Shown piece after piece: positions 56,130-64,000 of a stretch of DNA of 64,000 bases. The notes below the pieces were generated by a model that was not told where the DNA came from, did not search any database, and worked only from the letters and a program-made list of their open reading frames with translations. The translations under genes were made by a program, and so were the position numbers. This DNA comes from Verrucomicrobiia bacterium (GTDB lineage Bacteria; Verrucomicrobiota; Verrucomicrobiia; Limisphaerales; UBA11358), in assembly GCA_035546095.1 (NCBI GenBank), contig DASZXB010000088.1, positions 3,042 to 67,041 on the forward strand. The letters are read 5' to 3'. Numbering within the stretch: position 1 is the first letter of the stretch; each line of letters begins with the position of its first letter.

Positions 56130-56345
56130 GTGAAGATTGAGGAAGCAACTCAAAAATTGAGAAATGTCATTCGCCGCTGGCATCTTTCATTGTCCACAGA
56201 AGATTCTTATTGCCATTGGCTCAAGCAGTTTTGTTCGTATATCAAAAAATTGCCACCACAAATGTCTAGTGAAAAGAAAATTGAGCAATTTCTCACCGCG
56301 TTGAGAAAAAACGCTACTACTTCGAGTGCTCAAAATCTGGGTTGA
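56130..56345 (+). pseudogene. truncated tyrosine recombinase, integron-integrase-like N-terminal SAM-like domain only
   Basis: KLRNVIRRWHLSLSTEDSYCHWLKQFCSYIKKLPPQMSSEKKIEQFLTALRKN aligns with IntI1 [52 protein letters not shown]. It stops after 71 codons, 15 nt from the convergent TPR gene, so the catalytic domain is absent. Confidence 0.65.
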
Positions 56346-56359
56346 AGCTCTCTTGATAA

Positions 56360-57757
56360 TTACTGCCCCGCATAATACGCGTCTACTTTCGCCGCGACAT
56401 CTTTGTAGCCAATGTCCATTTCGTAAATGAGTTTGAATTGCTCGATGGCTTCCTCTTTTTTGCCCATGCTTTCGAGCACGCAGCCGAGATTGTAGGTTAG
56501 TTCCTTTTTTTCGTCGTCGAACACCAATTTTTCCTTGATGGCGTTTTGCAGCGTGCGCGCGGCGAGGTCGAACATCTTGCGCTTGGCGTAACATTGCGCG
56601 AGATAACCCATCGCGGCGAGGCGTTTATGCGGATTGCCCTGCGCTTTTTGAAATTCCTGAATGGCCTCGCCGATTTTTCCCGCCTGAAAATAAAGTTGTC
56701 CCATCTCAAAGCGAATCGCCAAATCGGTCGGATATTTTTCCACGCGCTTCTGGCATTCGGTAACTTGAAAATTCAATTTCTCGGCCTGAAGTTTCGCGGA
56801 TTGCTCGGCGTAATCCGGCGCGGCGGGATTCAATTGCTCCAATTGAAAATCGTAGCGGCGGACAATCGTGTCGGCCATCTGGCGTTCGAGCGACGGGTCG
56901 TTGCCCATCTCGGAATTTTTGATGCGGTCGTAAAGTTCCATCGCTTTGTCGAACTGCTTTTTCTCGGTGTAAAGTTTCGCCAGTTCGCGGACGATTTTGA
57001 GATTATTCGGCTCGGTCTGCATCCGCGCTTCGTATTCGCCAATCAACCGTTCGGCGGTGTCCTCGGTTTTGACGACGCGTTTTTCCTGTTCGAGCGAGAC
57101 GGCTTCCTCTTTATTTTTCAAAATATCGCGGAAAGAACCTTTGCCGCTTTCCAGTGCGCCGTAACCACCTTCATTCAACGTCTTGCGTGCGGACAAATCC
57201 TTGAGCGCCTGATTCAGTTCGCCGTCGTTCGGCGTTTCGCGCAACAAATCCATCAGAATTTTTTCCGCGCGGCTGCCTTCGCCGATGGCGGAAACCGCGT
57301 GGGCAAATTCAATCGCCAAATCCTTGTCCTTCGGCGAATTTTTCGCGAGCGTTTCATAAGAAAGCGCGACGGTGCGCGGCAATTCCAGTGCCTTGCCCGC
57401 TTCAACAACCAGTTTATGACCGCCGGAACTGTTCGGGTCAGTGTTCAGGATTTGTTCGGCGATGGCCAGCGCGTGTGCCGGATTGCTGCGCAGGGCGATT
57501 TGTCCCTTTGCCACGAGCGGCGAAGAACCCGCGCCACTCAACATTTTTTTGAAAAATCCGCCGCCGCTGTTGCCCGCTTTCTTGAATTGCGCCGCGCGCA
57601 ACGCCTTGCGACCTTCGTAAAAGCCCGGCTCTTTTTCCAGCACCTGATTGTAGAGCGCGATGGCGTAATCCAGATTTTCGCGCTGAATCGCCTCGTTCGC
57701 CTTCGTGTAAAGCGTCCGCGCCTCGCGCGCGATTTCGTTGATGTTTTTTTCTGCCAT
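56360..57757 (-). CDS. tetratricopeptide-repeat protein
   Basis: 465 aa with multiple TPR-like A..Y....G helix pairs. Confidence 0.8.
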   Translation of the reverse strand: MAEKNINEIAREARTLYTKANEAIQRENLDYAIALYNQVLEKEPGFYEGRKALRAAQFKKAGNSGGGFFKKMLSGAGSSPLVAKGQIALRSNPAHALAIAEQILNTDPNSSGGHKLVVEAGKALELPRTVALSYETLAKNSPKDKDLAIEFAHAVSAIGEGSRAEKILMDLLRETPNDGELNQALKDLSARKTLNEGGYGALESGKGSFRDILKNKEEAVSLEQEKRVVKTEDTAERLIGEYEARMQTEPNNLKIVRELAKLYTEKKQFDKAMELYDRIKNSEMGNDPSLERQMADTIVRRYDFQLEQLNPAAPDYAEQSAKLQAEKLNFQVTECQKRVEKYPTDLAIRFEMGQLYFQAGKIGEAIQEFQKAQGNPHKRLAAMGYLAQCYAKRKMFDLAARTLQNAIKEKLVFDDEKKELTYNLGCVLESMGKKEEAIEQFKLIYEMDIGYKDVAAKVDAYYAGQ

Positions 57758-57801
57758 AAATCAAATTATTTATTTTTTCCAAGCCGTCAAACTTACCGGG
57801 A

Positions 57802-57853
57802 GGGACGGCGTGTCGCCGTCCCTGTTTTATTTTGGGTCGCCGACACGGCGACC
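57802..57853. repeat. family E two-hairpin element, intergenic copy
   Basis: gggacggcg-tgt-cgccgtccc and ggtcgcc-gacac-ggcgacc separated by an A/T-rich spacer, between aroC and the TPR gene. Confidence 0.75.
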
Positions 57854-57861
57854 TTCCCGCA

Positions 57862-58941
57862 TTATCCGCATTGCGCCTTGTGCCGCAGCGCGTGGTCAAC
57901 CAAAACCAGCGCCGTCATCGCGTCAATCATTGGCACCGCGCGCGGCAACACGCATGGGTCATGGCGCCCGCGCGCCTTTAATTTCGTGTTTTCATAATGC
58001 ACGTCCACCGTGTCCTGTTCGTGCATGACCGTCGCGACCGGCTTGAACGCGACGCGAAAGAAAATCGTCTGCCCGTTGGAAATGCCGCCTTGAATCCCGC
58101 CGGAAAAATTCGTCGTCGTGTAAACTTTTTTGTTCTTCGCCCGGAACAAATCATTGTGCTGGCGGCCAGTTAAAAGAATTCCGCCAAAACCGGAACCGAT
58201 TTCAAATGCCTTCGACGCCGGCAAACTTAACATTGCTTTCGCCAAATCCGCGTCCAGCTTGTCAAAAACCGGTTCGCCCCAACCCGCCGGAACGCCGCGC
58301 GCAATACCTTCGACAATTCCGCCGACGGTGTCGCCCGCGTTTCGTATTTTCTCGATGAGCCGAATCATTTTCTCCGCAGCAACTTTATCAGGACAGCGAA
58401 CGATGTTCGATTCCACGTCCGACGATTTTACTTTGTCAGGATTCACGTCACCGACAATTTTTTGAACTTGCTTGACGTAAGACAAAACTTCCACGCCAAA
58501 TTTCTCGCGCAAAATTTTTTTTGCAATCGCGCCCGCAGCCACGCGGCCAATCGTCTCGCGCGCGCTCGCGCGCCCGCCGCCCTGCCAGTTGCGGATGCCG
58601 TATTTCGCGAAATAAGTGAAATCCGCGTGCGACGGACGGAATTTTTCCTTCATTTCCGAATACGCTTCCGGCCGCGCGTCCTCATTTTTCACCCACAGGC
58701 AAATCGGCGTGCCGAGCGTTTTGCCCTTGAACGTGCCGGAAAGAATTTGCACCACGTCCGGCTCCATGCGCCGCGTCGTGATTTTGGATTGACCGGGACG
58801 ACGGCGATCCAACTCCGGCTGGATGTCCGCTTCCGAAAGTTTCAAGCGTGGCGGACAACCGTCCACGACCACGCCCACGCCGCCGCCGTGAGATTCGCCC
58901 CACGTCGTGATGCGGAACAATTGCCCGAAAGTGCTTGCCAT
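57862..58941 (-). CDS. aroC: chorismate synthase
   Basis: [18 protein letters not shown]. Confidence 0.95.
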   Translation of the reverse strand: MASTFGQLFRITTWGESHGGGVGVVVDGCPPRLKLSEADIQPELDRRRPGQSKITTRRMEPDVVQILSGTFKGKTLGTPICLWVKNEDARPEAYSEMKEKFRPSHADFTYFAKYGIRNWQGGGRASARETIGRVAAGAIAKKILREKFGVEVLSYVKQVQKIVGDVNPDKVKSSDVESNIVRCPDKVAAEKMIRLIEKIRNAGDTVGGIVEGIARGVPAGWGEPVFDKLDADLAKAMLSLPASKAFEIGSGFGGILLTGRQHNDLFRAKNKKVYTTTNFSGGIQGGISNGQTIFFRVAFKPVATVMHEQDTVDVHYENTKLKARGRHDPCVLPRAVPMIDAMTALVLVDHALRHKAQCG

Positions 58942-59071
58942 GCTGAAATTGTGGAAAAAAATCGCCGCGCGGTCAAATCAGCTTTGTGCCGCGCGAAGGA
59001 TGCAAAGAAGTGCAAAGTTTTTTGTTGAATAAATTTTTCGGCAGGAGCAATGTCAATTTGTTAGAAGTGCA

Positions 59072-59383
59072 ATGAATACATCAATTATCATTCACAATCT
59101 CGTGATTGGTTGTTTATTCATTGGCGTCGGAATTTTCGATGCTCGTGGACTTTTTAATCCAATGTCACGTCGAGGTTGGGGACGATTTGGAGGTGGCGTT
59201 ACAATGTCCACTCTGAGTTTATGTGTTTGGACAATTGGACTATTATTTTTGGGTGTTGATTCAATTTTGAGAGCGTTTCATTGCGAACCATTAAACGGTA
59301 ATTATTTCATGATTTTCTTCGGCGTATGGCTTGCGGCATTATTTATTCTTGGCTGGCGTGATCATAAAAAGAAACACAGTTAA
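59072..59383 (+). CDS. small 3-TM membrane protein (AT-rich)
   Basis: 103-aa hydrophobic ORF. No motif recognised. Confidence 0.5.
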   Translation: MNTSIIIHNLVIGCLFIGVGIFDARGLFNPMSRRGWGRFGGGVTMSTLSLCVWTIGLLFLGVDSILRAFHCEPLNGNYFMIFFGVWLAALFILGWRDHKKKHS

Positions 59384-59476
59384 ATTATTTTCCTTCACCG
59401 CCTTCATGTTCTTCGTGCGACAATTGTTCCAACATTTTAGTTTTCCGTTTTTCATTTTGGCTGGCAAACTGCGCGC

Positions 59477-60277
59477 GTGAACCGGATTGAAAAATGTTTT
59501 GCGGAATTAAATCGCGCGCAAAAAAAAGGTTTCATCATCTACATCGGCGCGGGCGATCCCAATTTGAAAGCCACGCGCGAATTGGCTTTGGCCTTCGACC
59601 AAGCCGGCGTGGACATTTTGGAACTCGGCGTGCCGTTCAGCGACCCTCTGGCCGACGGTTTGGTTAATCAACTTGCCGCGCAACGCGGTCTCGAATCCAA
59701 AACCACGCCGCCGAAAGTTTTGAAGACCGTTTCCGAAATCCGCAAGAAATCCAAAATTCCGATTGTCCTCTACATTTACTTTAACCTGATTCACAAAATC
59801 GGAATGGAAAAATTTATTTCCGTTGCCGCAAAATCTGGCGTGGATGGTTTGCTCGTTCTCGATTTGCCGCCGGAGGAATCGGACAATTACGAAGCGGTGA
59901 TGCGAAAAAATAATTTGTGCCACATTTATCTTGTCGCGCCGACGACGCCGGAAGACCGCATGGAATTCATCGTCAAACGCGGCAGCGGATTCATCTATTA
60001 CATTTCTCGCGAAGGCGTCACGGGAATGCAATCGCAGGTGGCGACAAATCTCGCATCGCAAGTCGCCAAAATCCGCGCACACACAAAGTTGCCGGTTGCC
60101 GTCGGCTTTGGCGTGTCGAATCCCGAACAGGCGAAACTCGTCGCGCAAAATGCGGACGCCGTCGTCGTCGGCAGCGCGATTGTGAATCAAATTGCCAAGC
60201 ACGGAAAAGTGAAAGACTTGGTAAAGCGCGTCGGCAAATTTGTGAAATCGCTGGCCGATGCGGTGAAAAGTGTTTAA
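59477..60277 (+). CDS. trpA: tryptophan synthase alpha chain
   Basis: ILELGVPFSDPLADG, GFGVS. GTG start. Confidence 0.95.
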   Translation: MNRIEKCFAELNRAQKKGFIIYIGAGDPNLKATRELALAFDQAGVDILELGVPFSDPLADGLVNQLAAQRGLESKTTPPKVLKTVSEIRKKSKIPIVLYIYFNLIHKIGMEKFISVAAKSGVDGLLVLDLPPEESDNYEAVMRKNNLCHIYLVAPTTPEDRMEFIVKRGSGFIYYISREGVTGMQSQVATNLASQVAKIRAHTKLPVAVGFGVSNPEQAKLVAQNADAVVVGSAIVNQIAKHGKVKDLVKRVGKFVKSLADAVKSV

Positions 60278-60354
60278 CCACGGATAAACACAGATGGACA
60301 CGGATGTGAAATTGAAATTATTTTATCCGTGTTTATCAGCGTCCATTCGTGGTT
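60277..60354. repeat. family A palindromic (REP-like) element, full copy
   Basis: The arms aaccacggataaacacagatggacacggat and atccgtgtttatcagcgtccattcgtggtt flank an A/T loop. It abuts the trpA stop. Confidence 0.75.
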
Positions 60355-60362
60355 GAAAATTT

Positions 60363-61499
60363 ATGAGTGCAAAAATTAAACCCGACATCAAAAACCGTTT
60401 CGTCATCATCATGGCGGGCGGGCGGGGCGAACGGTTCTGGCCGTTGAGCCGCGAGAAAATGCCCAAGCAGTTGCTCGCGTTGCTCGGCAAAAAATCGTTT
60501 TTGCAGGAAGCCGTCGAGCGCGTGCTGCCGATTGTTCCGGCGAAAAATATTTTCGTCATCACCAATGAGGCGCAATTACCGGAAGTCCAAAAACAACTTC
60601 CAAAAATTCCCAAGGCCAATCTCATCGCCGAGCCGATGGGGCGCGACACAACTGCCGCCGTCACGCTGGGCGCGGCGCTTGTCGGTGCGCGCTCGACGAC
60701 GGGCGTCATGGCCGTGCTGCCCGCCGACCACGTGATTCCCGATGCGAAAAAGTTTCAGCAGATTTTGTCGGACTCATTCAATTTGGCCGCGCGCGGTCAG
60801 GCTATCATCACCGTCGGCATCAAACCGACCGAGCCGGTGACGGGTTACGGCTACATCCACGTCGGGCAAGAATTGCCGCCGGCGGAAGGCGCGAAAAAAA
60901 CGAAGACGACTTTTTTCAAGGCCGAGCAATTTGTCGAGAAACCGGATTTTCAGCGCGCGCTGGATTACGTCAACAGCGGGCAGTATCGCTGGAACGCGGG
61001 TATGTTCGTCTGGAGTTTTGTCACGGTGACGAACGGTTTGGAGAAACATCAGCCGGAAATGTTCGCGGCATGTCAGCGATGGTTCAAGGTCGCGAACAAT
61101 CCGGCGAAGCTCGCAAAAGTTTTGGCGAATGAGTATCCCGAAATTAAACGCATTTCGATTGATTACGCGCTGCTGGAGAAGGCGCAAAATGTCGTCGTGG
61201 CGGACGGCAATTTTGAGTGGGACGATTTAGGCTCGTGGAATGCGCTGTCGCGCCATATAAAACAGGACGCCGAAGGCAACGCGGCGATTGCCGATTTCAT
61301 TCATGTGGACGCGGCGCGCAATATCATTTTCGACGCGCGCACAAAAAATAAAACACCGATTGCCGTCGTCGGTTTGCGTGATTCTATTTTGGTGCAGACG
61401 GACGATGCTGTTTTGCTCGCACACAAATCGCAGGCGCAGAAGGTGAGGGAATTGGTTCACAAATTGGGCGAAGATGCGAAGTTAAAAAAACTTGTTTGA
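60363..61499 (+). CDS. mannose-1-phosphate guanylyltransferase-like nucleotidyltransferase
   Basis: IMAGGRGERFWPLSR (GGxGxRxWPLSR) and LPADH. Confidence 0.88.
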   Translation: MSAKIKPDIKNRFVIIMAGGRGERFWPLSREKMPKQLLALLGKKSFLQEAVERVLPIVPAKNIFVITNEAQLPEVQKQLPKIPKANLIAEPMGRDTTAAVTLGAALVGARSTTGVMAVLPADHVIPDAKKFQQILSDSFNLAARGQAIITVGIKPTEPVTGYGYIHVGQELPPAEGAKKTKTTFFKAEQFVEKPDFQRALDYVNSGQYRWNAGMFVWSFVTVTNGLEKHQPEMFAACQRWFKVANNPAKLAKVLANEYPEIKRISIDYALLEKAQNVVVADGNFEWDDLGSWNALSRHIKQDAEGNAAIADFIHVDAARNIIFDARTKNKTPIAVVGLRDSILVQTDDAVLLAHKSQAQKVRELVHKLGEDAKLKKLV

Positions 61500-61501
61500 C
61501 G

Positions 61502-61573
61502 CGAATTTCACGAATTAACACTAATCAAAACAAATTCTTTTAATCTAATTCGTAAAAATTAGTGTAATTCGTG
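61502..61573. repeat. inverted repeat (family G) between the convergent manC-like and U32 genes
   Basis: cacgaattaacactaat pairs with attagtgtaattcgtg (about 16 bp with one bulge). Confidence 0.6.
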
Positions 61574-61586
61574 TAAAACCGTTTTG

Positions 61587-64000
61587 TTATTTCCCCATTT
61601 GCCCGCGCGTGACGCCAAGTTGATTGAACAATTTTAATTCACGCCAGAGTTGCGTGCCGGAAATTTCGCCGCGTAATAATTGGCGATACTTTGAAATTGT
61701 CCGTTCGACTTGCTCCGGCGTTTCATTCAAAAATTCCACGCGGAAATTTTGTACGCCGAGCGCTAGCATCCGTTCCACAAATTCCGCGCCGGTTTGCGTT
61801 TGCGAATTGAAAACCGTGTTGCGACAGCCGGTGTCCGCTTTCAGAATATGTTCCGCGCCCACGCGGTCACGTAATTTCACTTCGTGTTTGTCGCACGGTC
61901 GCCCGCAGTCGCGATAATCTTTGCCGCTCGACAGGAATGCGCAAAAGACGCAGTGCTCCATGTGAAACATCGGCATGTGCTGATGAATCGTGATCTCGAA
62001 CCATTCCGGCGGCGCGGCTTGCAGCAGCGCTTCGAGTTGTTGAACATTTAAATCGTAACTTGCCGTGACGCGTTCGAGACCGAAATGATTTTTGAAATAA
62101 TCCGCCGCGAGCGCATTGGCGACGTTGAGCGAATAATCGCCGCGTTTCCGGCAATCGGCAAAAAATTTCAGGTGGTCGTAATTGCGGATGAGATAACCGT
62201 CGGCGTTGCAGGAACGAACCTGTTTCAGAATCCATTCCTCGCCGATTTTGAAAATGCGCGGAGGAGCAACGAAAATGCTTGGCGAAGATGGTGAATTGAG
62301 GGTGGAAGATGGATTTGAGCATCCACGCGCCGTATGAAAAAGCATTACGGCTTCGCGATATTTCTTTGTGTCCTCGAATTCGCAATAAATCGTCTCGATG
62401 CCGCAGCGCAACGCTGCTTCAAGTTGTGACAAATTACGGACAAGAATAATTAATTCCGGATTAGATTTGCCACCGAGACATGGAGGCGCAGAGAAATTGG
62501 AAATGGAAAAACTCTGTGGCTCTGTGGCTCTGCGGCTATTCAAAACCCATTTCTTCGGTGTTGTGCGCTGGCTTTCCAATTCTGCGATGACTTCGCGACG
62601 CAGCCGGTTCAATTCGCTCACCGGCAGGAGAACTTCACCTTCCAGATGATTTTCTAAATCGTCCAAACGAAATGGTGTTCCACCGAGACGCCCCAATTGT
62701 TCGCGCAAACGGTCGGTCGTCAGCGGTTGCTTTTGCGCCGGAGATAAATTCATTTCTGATTCGGCACGGGCGATGTGACCGAGTTCGTCTTGCGTAATCA
62801 GTATGAGTGGTTTTTCTGCGTGGCCGTGAACTTCCATTTTGATGGGGCGCTGACATTTTGGCGCGTCGACGGCAAAACTTTGGCGCAAACGACGATTCAA
62901 TTCCGGATCGTCCGTCTTCCACAATTTATCGCCGACGTGGACACGATTGAAATCAATGTCGTCACGGCCAAAACGAATTTCCATTTCGAGGCTTTTGGTT
63001 TTTGATTGTAAACTCTTGATTCCATAAACCCGACCGCCTTCCTCTTTTTCGTCCGGTTTGCCGGCGTCAAAAACGATTCCATCGCCCGGTTTCAATGGCG
63101 CTTCGAGATTCACAACGACGCCATCGCGTAAAACTTTTTGAACTTCGCCGAGAAAAACGCCGCGTTTTTTGCCGAAGCGCGCGTGAACCAGTTCTTGATT
63201 GTTGATGCCGCGAAACCAGCCGGTATAAAGTCCGCGACTGAACGCCATTTCCAATTCGTATTTTTCAGATTGGCCACCGAGGCGCAGAGGCGCAGAAGTT
63301 TTATTTTCTTTGCTCGATGTCTCTGTGTCTCTGTGGCAAAGCTTGTCCAAAGCGTTGCGATAAATGCGCGTGATGTTCGCAACGTATTCCGGCGTTTTGA
63401 GGCGGCCTTCAATTTTCAATGACGCGACACCGGCGCGAATCAAATCTGGCAGCACGTCCAGTCCGGCCAAATCCTGCGGACTTAACAAATATTTTTTATC
63501 ACCGAGTGGAATTTGTTTGCCATCGCAAATCAATTCATAGGGCATCCGGCAGGCTTGCGCGCATTCACCGCGATTGGCCGAACGGCCGCCAAGCGATTCG
63601 CTGGTCAAACATTGCCCGGAATATGCGACGCACAACGCGCCATGGACGAAAATTTCCAAAGGCAGTGAAGTGTAATGTGTGGTGAGCGATGAGTCGGAAA
63701 TCTGAGGTTGGATTTTTTCAATTTCGGCAATTGAACATTCGCGGGCGAGGACGACAAGATTACAGCCGAGATCACGGGCGAATTCCACGCCGGCAGCGCT
63801 GGTGACGGTCATTTGCGTGGAGGCATGAATCGGAAAATCCGGCGAGAGCTGGCGGATCAAGCGACAAAGGCCGATATCTTGTACGATGGCCGCGTCCACA
63901 CCGGCGGAAATAATCGAACGCAAATAATTTTCGGCGTCGGTGATTTCATTTTGAAAAACGAGCGTGTTGAAGGTGACGTAGCCGCGCACGCCGCGTCGGT
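61587..64000 (-). CDS. U32-family peptidase-like protein with a long C-terminal extension (5' end outside window)
   Basis: NTLVFQNE..., GVDAAIVQD, HASTQM, ESLGGRSANRGECAQACR (U32 Cys motif). The frame stays open upstream of the GTG at 63989 (..RRGVRGY..) to the window edge. Confidence 0.9.
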   Translation of the reverse strand, partial: RRGVRGYVTFNTLVFQNEITDAENYLRSIISAGVDAAIVQDIGLCRLIRQLSPDFPIHASTQMTVTSAAGVEFARDLGCNLVVLARECSIAEIEKIQPQISDSSLTTHYTSLPLEIFVHGALCVAYSGQCLTSESLGGRSANRGECAQACRMPYELICDGKQIPLGDKKYLLSPQDLAGLDVLPDLIRAGVASLKIEGRLKTPEYVANITRIYRNALDKLCHRDTETSSKENKTSAPLRLGGQSEKYELEMAFSRGLYTGWFRGINNQELVHARFGKKRGVFLGEVQKVLRDGVVVNLEAPLKPGDGIVFDAGKPDEKEEGGRVYGIKSLQSKTKSLEMEIRFGRDDIDFNRVHVGDKLWKTDDPELNRRLRQSFAVDAPKCQRPIKMEVHGHAEKPLILITQDELGHIARAESEMNLSPAQKQPLTTDRLREQLGRLGGTPFRLDDLENHLEGEVLLPVSELNRLRREVIAELESQRTTPKKWVLNSRRATEPQSFSISNFSAPPCLGGKSNPELIILVRNLSQLEAALRCGIETIYCEFEDTKKYREAVMLFHTARGCSNPSSTLNSPSSPSIFVAPPRIFKIGEEWILKQVRSCNADGYLIRNYDHLKFFADCRKRGDYSLNVANALAADYFKNHFGLERVTASYDLNVQQLEALLQAAPPEWFEITIHQHMPMFHMEHCVFCAFLSSGKDYRDCGRPCDKHEVKLRDRVGAEHILKADTGCRNTVFNSQTQTGAEFVERMLALGVQNFRVEFLNETPEQVERTISKYRQLLRGEISGTQLWRELKLFNQLGVTRGQMGK
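62469..62536. repeat. family B palindromic element inside the U32 CDS (copy 1)
   Basis: gccaccgagacatggaggcgcagag ... ctctgtggctctgtggctctgcggc. The arms are built from 8-nt units GCGCAGAG / CTCTGYGG. It encodes ..ATEPQSFSISNFSAPPCLGGK.. Confidence 0.7.
63272..63337. repeat. family B palindromic element inside the U32 CDS (copy 2)
   Basis: ggccaccgaggcgcagaggcgcagaag ... gatgtctctgtgtctctgtggc. It is 66 nt (22 codons) and encodes ..CHRDTETSSKENKTSAPLRLGGQ.. Confidence 0.7.

Overview
Chromosomal window that is about 90% coding, with mid to high GC. Gene content and repeat style fit a PVC-type bacterium, probably Verrucomicrobiota-like; this is inferred only from PEP-CTERM and pseudopilin-like proteins and the intergenic repeat families. 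Most genes are housekeeping. They include shc, pyrD, a dapF-like gene, a porin-pstSCAB-phoU-DUF47-pit phosphate block, fmt, adk, rpsL-rpsG-fusA, a cysI-cysH-cysD-X-cysN sulfate assimilation operon, rarA, alaS, a P1B ATPase, aroC, trpA and a manC-like gene. There is also one tRNA-Glu(CUC) and a three-gene CHASE3 kinase / REC-kinase / NtrC phosphorelay. I found no rRNA, CRISPR array or intact transposase. Several things fall outside routine annotation. (1) Short palindromic elements, two of which also occur in intergenic DNA, sit in frame inside pyrD, rarA and a U32 peptidase gene (twice). (2) A truncated integron-type integrase N-terminus lies next to a GTTRRRY core, one foreign-looking ORF and a 108-nt attC-like hairpin with extrahelical bases, which looks like a relic integron. 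(3) The DapF homologue has both catalytic cysteines replaced by serine. (4) Low-GC genes are wedged into conserved operons: between cysD and cysN, between rpsG and fusA, and between eboE-like and eboC-like genes. (5) alaS is mosaic, with an AT-rich patch that carries an insertion of roughly 70 aa. (6) An AT-rich secreted-protein/PEP-CTERM/sulfotransferase islet lies next to the tRNA. All functional calls come from motif recognition by eye; no searches were run.
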